A stretch of DNA of 10,534 bases from Gemmataceae bacterium (GTDB taxonomy: Bacteria > Planctomycetota > Planctomycetia > Gemmatales > Gemmataceae): assembly GCA_035295665.1 (NCBI GenBank), contig DATGIQ010000236.1:1-10534 (forward strand), read 5' to 3'. The position numbers and the translations under genes were made by a program. Each line of letters begins with the position of its first letter. Position 1 is the stretch's first letter. This document shows positions 5,253 to 10,534 of the stretch, piece by piece. The notes beneath the pieces were generated by a model, which saw only the letters and a program-made list of their open reading frames with translations, did no database searches and was not told where the DNA came from.

Positions 5253-6965
5253 ATGCTTTTCGCCCCTTCGCCGAAAGTACGTTCCGCTGTTGGCTCGCAC
5301 CGATCATCCCGTCGTCTTCAGCTCGAGGCACTCGAGGATCGCATCGTACCTTCCAGCACTGACGCGACGAATTTACTCAGCCCGAGCCCTTCAGCGGGGT
5401 CCACGCAGGACTCACGATTGTCAACGCAAACCAGCTTGGCTACTTCGGCAAACCCCGCGCTCGCGGGCCAGTCGGTTGTTTTCACTGCCACCATCACAGG
5501 GGCACCGGGGGCTCAGCCCAGCGGTGTGGTTGTCTTTCTTGATGGATCGACGAGCATCGGTCAAGGATCCGTGAGCACGTCCGGTGGGACGACCACGGCG
5601 AGCTTTAGCACATCGAGCCTGGCGGCCGGCAGCCACAACCTTGCTGCCTATTACACCGGCGACAGCAGCGATGCACCCAGTGTGGGAAGGCTGACCCAGA
5701 CGGTGAACACGGCCGGCTCGAACACCACCGGCTCTACCGGCTCTGGCGGCGATAGCGGCGGCCAAGGGAAAACCGCCACGAGCACGTCCGTGGTTGCCTC
5801 GGCGAATCCCTCGCTGGCAGGTCAGTCGGTCACGTTCACGGCTACGGTCACAGGGGCACCGGGGGCTCAGCCCGGCGGTGTGGTTGTCTTTCTTGATGGA
5901 TCGACGAGCATCGGTCAAGGATCCGTGAGCACGTCCGGTGGGACGACCACGGCGAGCTTTAGCACATCGAGCCTGGCGGCCGGCAGCCACAACCTTGCTG
6001 CCTACTACACCGGCGACAGCAGCGATGCACCCAGTGTGGGAAGGCTGACACAAGTGGTGAATCAGGAGGACGCCACGATCCTCACCGTCTCGGCAACGAC
6101 CGTGCCGGTCGGCCAACCCCTGACGCTCGTAGCTACAGTGAGCCTGGCCTCTGCCGAAAACTCGACCGGATCGGTGACGTTCTTTGATGAGAATACATCG
6201 CTGGGGACGGTGCCGTTGGGCGGCGGTTCGGCAACCTTCACGACCTCCTCGCTGTCACTGGGCCGCCATTCGCTGTCGGCCGTGTATACCGCGGATAGCG
6301 ATCAGACAACCCACAGCTCCGCGCCGGTAACTGTGACCGTCGGCACCCCGAATCAGCGATTCGTGGTGGAATTGTATATGAGCCTCCTTCAGCGGCAGCC
6401 GGATGCGGGCGGCTTGACTGCCTGGACTGCTGTTCTCGACCAGGGGGTTGGCCGCACTCAGGCCGCGCTGGCGATCCAGCAGAGTCACGAGTCGCGCGGC
6501 AACCAGGTAGACGCCCTCTACGAGCGCTTCCTTCACCGCAAGGCTGATTCCTCCGGCCTCAACGCCTACGTCGCCCTCCTCTTCGCAGGTGGGACGCTGG
6601 ACGATGTGCGGATCGCCCTGACCAGTTCGTCCGAATATCTCCAAGCGCGGGGGGGAGGCACGAACAACGGCTATGTGATGGCCCTTTACGAAGACGCTTT
6701 GAACCGCTCGCCCGATGCGGGCGGCCTGGCGACCTTCTCCCAAGCGCTGAACCAAGGGCTCACTCCTCGCCAGATAGCGGCCGCAATTTTTTCGAGCAAG
6801 GAGAACTTGCAGGATTTGATCGGGGCTTATTACCAACAATTCCTGAACCGCGCCGCTGACAACAGCGGGTTAAGTGCCTACGTTCAGGCCATGCAGGCTG
6901 GCACGCAGGATCAAACCGTCATTGCCGTCTTGCTTGGCTCGGACGAATTCTACTCACAGGTCTAG
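5253..6965 (+). CDS. Secreted or surface repeat protein. It has three bacterial Ig-like (Big_3_5-type) domains separated by Gly/Ser/Thr linkers, followed by about four DUF4214 repeats. The start is the ATG at 5253 (SD 'AAAGGA'), not the GTG at 5193.
   Basis: The Ig-like repeats show the pattern 'SANP.LAGQSV.FTATVTGAPGAQP.GVVVFLDGSTSIGQGSVSTSGGTTTASFSTSSLAAGSHNLAAYYTGDSSDA'. The C-terminus carries repeated 'LY..FL.R..D..GL..Y' / 'PDAGGL' units typical of DUF4214. The N-terminus carries 'RRLQLEALEDRIVPS'. Confidence 0.85.
   Translation: MLFAPSPKVRSAVGSHRSSRRLQLEALEDRIVPSSTDATNLLSPSPSAGSTQDSRLSTQTSLATSANPALAGQSVVFTATITGAPGAQPSGVVVFLDGSTSIGQGSVSTSGGTTTASFSTSSLAAGSHNLAAYYTGDSSDAPSVGRLTQTVNTAGSNTTGSTGSGGDSGGQGKTATSTSVVASANPSLAGQSVTFTATVTGAPGAQPGGVVVFLDGSTSIGQGSVSTSGGTTTASFSTSSLAAGSHNLAAYYTGDSSDAPSVGRLTQVVNQEDATILTVSATTVPVGQPLTLVATVSLASAENSTGSVTFFDENTSLGTVPLGGGSATFTTSSLSLGRHSLSAVYTADSDQTTHSSAPVTVTVGTPNQRFVVELYMSLLQRQPDAGGLTAWTAVLDQGVGRTQAALAIQQSHESRGNQVDALYERFLHRKADSSGLNAYVALLFAGGTLDDVRIALTSSSEYLQARGGGTNNGYVMALYEDALNRSPDAGGLATFSQALNQGLTPRQIAAAIFSSKENLQDLIGAYYQQFLNRAADNSGLSAYVQAMQAGTQDQTVIAVLLGSDEFYSQV
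5445..6063. repeat. In-frame 354-bp (118-aa) tandem duplication inside the Ig-like repeat gene. A ~200-bp core is about 99% identical between copies (5496-5696 vs 5850-6050), while the flanks are diverged.
   Basis: By direct comparison, copy 1 and copy 2 differ at only 2 positions across the core ('cccagcggt' vs 'cccggcggt'; 'cctattac' vs 'cctactac'). Similarity drops on both sides of the core. Confidence 0.85.
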
Positions 6966-6981
6966 CGAGGCTTGGATGTGC

Positions 6982-7025
6982 AAAATCGACCCCTCGCAAC
7001 TCCCCCGTTGCGAGGGGTCGATTTT
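6982..7025. terminator. Bidirectional intrinsic terminator between convergent transcription units.
   Basis: A perfect 18-bp inverted repeat ('aaaatcgacccctcgcaa' / 'ttgcgaggggtcgatttt') has an 8-nt loop 'ctcccccg'. The GC-rich stem core has A-runs upstream and T-runs downstream, so a U-tract forms on either strand. Confidence 0.7.
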
Positions 7026-7232
7026 GCTACCCGGACCGGAGCCGACCCTGGACAAAGAGAACCATAATCAATCGTACTGATTTCTCAGAAAATCCTCTGG
7101 GCAAGAGGAACGCACCAGGAATGGAGAGGACCCCTTTTATTCAATCGATTTGGCAGCCAGGGACCGCTTGACGTTCGGTTCTCGCCCAGCGAGGATTCAA
7201 GCAGTTTCACGGGGTATCCCAGCAACGGGAAA

Positions 7233-7484
7233 TCAGAGTGCGATAGGGCCCGTCGCCGGAAAGTCAGGCACCCCTCCGGGGCAAGCATCGGCTTCGAGAA
7301 CGAGCTCAATGATGCAGTCATCGTAGGCTGCTCGGAAACGGTCGCCCCGGGACTTCATGAACTCCTTACAAGCAGCTTCAGCCTCGCTGCGTGTCAGATA
7401 GAGCCCGATTACCTCCCTGCCGACTTTGGGCATACCTCTGTCCAGATAGCTTTGTCGAGCAACAGCGCGAAATTTGTCAGTCAT
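7233..7484 (-). CDS. Hypothetical small protein of 83 aa downstream of the desaturase. The start is an internal ATG with an SD; the longer 185-aa ORF overlaps the desaturase and is rejected.
   Basis: The ATG at 7484-7482 is preceded by 'AAGGA' about 9 nt upstream. The sequence 'MTDKFRAVARQSYLDRGMPKVGREVIGLYLTRSEAEAACKEFMKSRGDRFRAAYDDCIIELVLEADA...' has balanced composition. It begins 44 bp after the desaturase stop. Confidence 0.4.
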   Translation of the reverse strand: MTDKFRAVARQSYLDRGMPKVGREVIGLYLTRSEAEAACKEFMKSRGDRFRAAYDDCIIELVLEADACPGGVPDFPATGPIAL

Positions 7485-7528
7485 AGCGATGGTCCTTGTT
7501 GCGAAAGAGTCCGACGATACGAGTAGCG

Positions 7529-8473
7529 TCAACGCTCCGCCGCCGGACGGTCCAGGGCCGCTTGCCGGCACAACGTCATCCCCGGCACGTGAATCTGCCG
7601 GGCCAGGTTCACCAGACCGAGTAAGCGGATCAGGTAGTAGGTCAGGTCCACTTCCCACCAACGCAGCCCATGCCGGGCGGAGCGCGGGAACGCATGATGG
7701 TTGTTGTGCCAACCTTCGCCGAGGGTCAATAGGGCGACCCACCAGAGGTTCGTGGAGGCATCCCGGGTCGAGTAGTTGCGATAGCCCCACAAGTGCGTGG
7801 CGCTGTTAACCAGCCAGGTCGCATGGTAGAGCAGCGTCGTGCGCACGAACATCCCCCACACAAGCCACGACAGCCCCTCGCCGCCCCAGATTTCGCCGAG
7901 TGTGAAGAGCAGCACCGCAGCGACTAGCGACCCCAGGAAGTGGTAGCGTTGCAGGAAGCGGAGGACGGGGTCTTTCACCAAGTCCATGACATACCGCCCG
8001 TAGCGGCGCGGATCATCGAGAGCCGGGTCGTACGGCATCCACCACAACAGATGCGCCCACCAGACGCCGTCGCGGGGGCTGTGGGGATCGCCCTCCGTGT
8101 CGCTATGCTGATGATGCATACGGTGAACCGCGACCCAGCGCAAAGGCCCTCCCTGATTCGCCAGAGTTCCGAGGATGGCCAGGATGTATTCCACGAACCT
8201 GGGGGTTTGGAAACTCCGGTGCGTCAGCAGGCGGTGGTAACCCATGGTCACGCCGAACCCCGCGGCCAGGTAAAGGACCAGGCAAACCACAACGGCGGTC
8301 CAAGAGAACGTGAACGGAGCCAGTACGACCCCTGCTTGAATGGCGCTCCACCAGAGCAGGTGGGACCAATTCAGTCGGGGCCGACCAGCCTTCGCCGGGC
8401 TCGAAAGAGGGAGCGTAGTAATGGCAATCTCCTTGCCTTGGTTAGTCGCTATGAACAGATCGCAGGACGCCAC
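7529..8473 (-). CDS. Acyl-CoA (acyl-lipid) delta-9-type fatty acid desaturase, an integral membrane di-iron enzyme.
   Basis: All three histidine boxes are present: 'HRLLTHRSF', 'HRMHHQHSDTEGDPHSPRDG', and 'GEGWHNNHHAFP'. Hydrophobic TM segments are present. The start at 8473 is a GTG, so the start site is uncertain. Confidence 0.88.
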   Translation of the reverse strand: MASCDLFIATNQGKEIAITTLPLSSPAKAGRPRLNWSHLLWWSAIQAGVVLAPFTFSWTAVVVCLVLYLAAGFGVTMGYHRLLTHRSFQTPRFVEYILAILGTLANQGGPLRWVAVHRMHHQHSDTEGDPHSPRDGVWWAHLLWWMPYDPALDDPRRYGRYVMDLVKDPVLRFLQRYHFLGSLVAAVLLFTLGEIWGGEGLSWLVWGMFVRTTLLYHATWLVNSATHLWGYRNYSTRDASTNLWWVALLTLGEGWHNNHHAFPRSARHGLRWWEVDLTYYLIRLLGLVNLARQIHVPGMTLCRQAALDRPAAER

Positions 8474-8614
8474 GGTGCGTCAACCGCGCGATCCCCTACC
8501 TCGATCATCCGAGCCGGAAATCCTCTTGGATTCAAATCAACTGGCTTTCCGCGGCGACCATCCGATCATAGAAGGCGATCACGGCTCTTTCCTTCGCTTC
8601 GGCGGAGGCGCCGT

Positions 8615-8788
8615 TCAGGCTTTCGACTTGCAGATGAAGCGGATAGATCCGTTCAGACGTTGGCCCATGGCATCGATGCGTTGCAGACGATCCTTGAGGG
8701 TCCAAGAAGATGCCGGCCAATCCGCCGCCGGCAGCGCTTCTTGGGAAAGGGTAGCGCCACGGGACAGCGCTTTGGTTTTCGTCTTCAT
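8615..8788 (-). CDS. Possible small ORF of 57 aa in the rpsU-desaturase intergenic region. It is an internal ATG of the spurious 143-aa ORF and has a strong SD.
   Basis: On the minus strand, 'GGCGAAGGActtcc ATG AAG ACG AAA' puts the SD 'AAGGA' 5 nt upstream. The N-terminus 'MKTKTKALSRGATLSQEALPAADWPASSWTLKDRLQRIDAMGQRLNGSIRFICKSKA' is Lys-rich. No homology was recognised. Confidence 0.25.
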   Translation of the reverse strand: MKTKTKALSRGATLSQEALPAADWPASSWTLKDRLQRIDAMGQRLNGSIRFICKSKA

Positions 8789-8849
8789 GGAAGTCCTTCG
8801 CCTTGTGACTTTCAGAAGGGGACTACGCGAGGCTGGAGCGCCCGGTGCC

Positions 8850-9062
8850 TTAGCGGCGCGCTCCATTGTCCGCGGGAAGGCTGCCCTTGCGGATGGCGTT
8901 TTGTTTGCGCAGGTAAGCGCGTCGACGCGTCTCGCAGGGCTTCTCGTAGTATTTGCGCTTGCGGAGTTCTTTCGTGATCCCGCTGCGCTCGAGTAGTTTC
9001 TTGAAGCGGCGCAGCGCCGCACCAATCGGCTCGCGGTCATGGACACGCATCCGTAGAGTCAT
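8850..9062 (-). CDS. rpsU: 30S ribosomal protein S21.
   Basis: '[49 protein letters not shown]' matches the S21 signature (E. coli '[35 protein letters not shown]'). The SD 'GGAG' lies 5 nt upstream of the ATG at 9062. Confidence 0.85.
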   Translation of the reverse strand: MTLRMRVHDREPIGAALRRFKKLLERSGITKELRKRKYYEKPCETRRRAYLRKQNAIRKGSLPADNGARR

Positions 9063-9133
9063 GCTTTCTCCGCAAAGGAGGAAAGTCCTGCATGGGTCGA
9101 GTTCATCTGCCGTCTGCTATCCTTCCCACACTA

Positions 9134-9469
9134 CTAGCGCCGGCCGCCGCCGTAACCACCGCTGCCGCCACGGCCGAAGGCGCCGCCGCTGCGGCCCCCG
9201 GCGCCACCCCGTCCCCCTTCCTCTCGAGGCCGGGCCTCGTTAACCGTGAGGGTGCGGCCAACCGACTCCTTGCCATTTAGGGCGGCGATCGCGGCCTGCG
9301 CCTCGTGGTCGGTCTTCATTTCCACGAAGCCGGACCCCTTGGATCGTCCTGTATCTCGGTCGATGATGACCTGGGCCGATTCCACTATGCCGTGGGCCTC
9401 GAATAGCTTCACGAGATCGTTGTCGCTCCCGGCATAGCCCAGGTTGCCCACGTACAATTTCTTACCCAT
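9134..9469 (-). CDS. RRM-type RNA-binding protein with a glycine/arginine-rich (RGG-like) C-terminal tail. It is of the Rbp class that is often cold-inducible.
   Basis: RNP-2 'KLYVGNL' and RNP-1 'KGSGFVEM' are both present. The C-terminus reads 'GGRGGAGGRSGGAFGRGGSGGYGGGRR'. It is immediately followed by rpsU, a gene pair I recall as conserved in cyanobacteria and other phyla. Confidence 0.9.
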   Translation of the reverse strand: MGKKLYVGNLGYAGSDNDLVKLFEAHGIVESAQVIIDRDTGRSKGSGFVEMKTDHEAQAAIAALNGKESVGRTLTVNEARPREEGGRGGAGGRSGGAFGRGGSGGYGGGRR

Positions 9470-9543
9470 TGGTTAATTCCACAAAAAGCGGCCGCTCGCT
9501 CTGAGCGGAGCAGTGAGTCCGGTCCGCCAACAGAAACAACCCA

Positions 9544-9562
9544 CCACCGCGGCTTGCGGTGG
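9544..9562 (-). terminator. Hairpin directly after the stop of the upstream minus-strand ORF. It could be a terminator or attenuator within the rbp leader.
   Basis: The 7-bp stem 'ccaccgc'/'gcggtgg' has a 5-nt loop. On the minus strand it is followed by 'TGGGTTGTTTCTGTT', a moderately T-rich stretch. Confidence 0.35.
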
Positions 9563-9569
9563 TAGATTC

Positions 9570-9938
9570 TCAGTCAAGCGCCGGCGTCTCCGCTGCCACC
9601 GGATCGGGCATTGGCTCCTTGACGATTTGCAGGAAACAGAGCCCTTTTTTCTTGGCCAGCACATCCGCAACCTTCGCATCGGCCGCAGCACGCTCGTTGT
9701 AGTCAAAGATCGCCAACTGTTTCATCCCCCCATCGAAAACGCCCCAACGGGCACGCATGCGGGGCGGCGCTTTTTTCACTCGTGTTTTCTTGCCTTTGGG
9801 CGCCGCTGGAGCCTTTGCTTTCCGTGGTTTCTTGGACGGCGCCGCCACGGTTGGCGTCTCCGAGGCAGTCGCTGCGGACTGCTCCACGTGATCGGCTTGC
9901 TCGCGCAACGCACGTCGATTCAAGATCCGGCCTGCCAT
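9570..9938 (-). CDS. Hypothetical protein with a Lys/Ala/Pro-rich basic low-complexity segment resembling a histone H1 tail, and a ~60-aa C-terminal domain.
   Basis: The ATG at 9938 has 'GAGGAG' 11 nt upstream. The basic segment is 'APSKKPRKAKAPAAPKGKKTRVKKAPP'. The C-terminal domain is 'RWGVFDGGMKQLAIFDYNERAAADAKVADVLAKKKGLCFLQIVKEP'. Confidence 0.55.
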   Translation of the reverse strand: MAGRILNRRALREQADHVEQSAATASETPTVAAPSKKPRKAKAPAAPKGKKTRVKKAPPRMRARWGVFDGGMKQLAIFDYNERAAADAKVADVLAKKKGLCFLQIVKEPMPDPVAAETPALD

Positions 9939-10042
9939 GATTGTCTGCTCTCCTCGTTCGAGTTAAGGAAATTCTTGGGGCTGTCCTCAAGCCAATGGCT
10001 TACTCCGATGTTCTCGTTTCTTCGCGCTGGAAAGCGAGACCA

Positions 10043-10363
10043 TTACTGCGCATGTTTCGGGTGCCCTTTTGCGATCGAATGAATATGGGCCGTGGTGAAG
10101 CGAATCGGCGATCCGAGCCGTAGCTTCGATAAACTCGTAATGGTCGGCCTCACGGCCAGCGCGCCAGAGAATTGGAAACCGCGGATGTCGGTGATCCGGA
10201 CCAGCAGGGTTTCGCCAGCGTAGGGCCCCGTGCGGGTTAAGAGAGTAAGCTTGATGAAGTCGCCGACCTTTAACGCACGAATCTCTTCCCGGAGCTCGAC
10301 GTCGTCAATGCCTTGCCGACGCCGCATCCCCTCGATGTCCTCTACCACAATCGAGTTCTGCAT
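10043..10363 (-). CDS. Hypothetical protein of 106 aa. The start is an ATG with an SD, rather than the upstream GTG at 10438.
   Basis: 'AAAGGA' lies 6 nt upstream of the ATG at 10363. The sequence 'MQNSIVVEDIEGMRRRQGIDDVELREEIRALKVGDFIKLTLLTRTGPYAGETLLVRITDIRGFQFSG...' was not recognised as any family. Confidence 0.45.
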   Translation of the reverse strand: MQNSIVVEDIEGMRRRQGIDDVELREEIRALKVGDFIKLTLLTRTGPYAGETLLVRITDIRGFQFSGALAVRPTITSLSKLRLGSPIRFTTAHIHSIAKGHPKHAQ

Positions 10364-10534
10364 GTCGGGTCCTTTCGCTACCCAGTTGGAAACGAGACGC
10401 CGGGCGACGTAGGGCGTTTGAACGATGGCGCATGCCACACCTGCTACACCTCACGCCCATGCGGGTTACCATGCTCACCAGTTCCTTGGCATGGACCGTC
10501 AACAACAATCGGACATGGGCGCCCGTCGCCAGCG

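Noticed and set aside
5421-6116. 231-aa minus-strand ORF with internal repeats, and the question of whether the repeat is a CRISPR array.
   Set aside because: It is antisense to the Ig-like gene. Its repeat structure is just the mirror of the coding duplication (354-bp period, a protein-coding frame with Ig-domain motifs), so it is not CRISPR-like. The composition is Arg/Ala/Gly-rich junk.
6255-6839. 194-aa minus-strand ORF antisense to the DUF4214 region.
   Set aside because: It is entirely inside the well-supported plus-strand gene and has no SD.
7085-7321. 78-aa minus-strand ORF overlapping the 3' end of the 83-aa gene.
   Set aside because: It is in a different frame from the SD-supported ORF, has junk-like sequence, and has no SD.
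7485-7790. N-terminal extension of the 185-aa ORF (7233..7790-).
   Set aside because: The extension overlaps the desaturase CDS out of frame and is Pro/Gly/Arg-rich. The internal ATG at 7484 has an SD.
8532-8720. 62-aa minus-strand ORF.
   Set aside because: Its start codon would be TTG with no SD. It overlaps the better-supported small-ORF candidate at 8615..8788.
7940-8996. Plus-strand ORFs of 345 aa and 218 aa (7940..8977, 8340..8996), plus 7474..7809 and 8103..8369.
   Set aside because: They are antisense to the desaturase and rpsU genes and have Arg/Ser/Pro-rich low-complexity translations.
8789-9046. Upstream portion of the 143-aa minus ORF overlapping rpsU.
   Set aside because: It overlaps the S21 gene in another frame. 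Only its internal ATG portion, which has an SD, is kept, as a low-confidence candidate.
9513-10123. Plus-strand ORFs 9513..10082 and 9941..10123, and the minus ORF 9703..9990.
   Set aside because: They are antisense or out of frame relative to the minus-strand genes that have SDs, and their translations are low-complexity.
10305-10508. 67-aa minus ORF at the window edge, and the GTG start at 10438 for the last gene.
   Set aside because: The ATG at 10363 with the 'AAAGGA' SD is the more plausible start. The 67-aa ORF overlaps it out of frame and is His/Arg/Cys-rich.

Overview
This is a high-GC (~60-65%) bacterial chromosomal window. It reads as an ordinary core region with an accessory-looking insert between roughly 2230 and 5000. 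Inference: the Ig-like/DUF4214 protein has an N-terminal 'RRLQLEALEDRIVPS' motif that I recall as typical of Planctomycetota secreted proteins, which suggests a planctomycete origin.

Genes, left to right:
- 1..654 (+): 3' end of a PagL-like lipid A deacylase, an outer-membrane beta-barrel.
- 738..1838 (-): convergent soluble SPFH/band-7 protein.
- ~2229..2301 (-): a degenerate tRNA-like sequence.
- 2303..2934: about 630 bp of structured non-coding DNA containing a strong intrinsic-terminator hairpin, a nested 12-bp inverted repeat, and a textbook extended -10 ('TGGTATAAT').
- 2935..4983 (+): a compact four-ORF cassette. It comprises a zinc-ribbon mini-ORF, a membrane protein matching only the C-terminal half of M48/HtpX peptidases (no HExxH), a calcineurin-like metallophosphoesterase, and a conserved small protein.
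- 5253..6965 (+): a large Ig-like (Big_3_5-type) repeat protein with a DUF4214-repeat C-terminus. It contains a near-identical 354-bp in-frame tandem duplication.
- 6982..7025: a perfect bidirectional terminator.
- 10363 down to 7233 (-): a minus-strand block. In transcription order it holds a hypothetical protein, a Lys/Ala-rich basic protein, an RRM glycine-rich RNA-binding protein, ribosomal protein S21 (rpsU), a possible small ORF, an acyl-CoA delta-9-type desaturase, and a small downstream ORF.

Most other ORFs on the six-frame track are antisense or out-of-frame artefacts typical of GC-rich DNA. The candidate for something new is the tRNA-proximal cassette (zinc ribbon, HExxH-less M48 homolog, metallophosphoesterase, small DUF-like protein) together with the unusual SPFH protein. 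No homology search could be run, so all functional calls rest on motif recognition.
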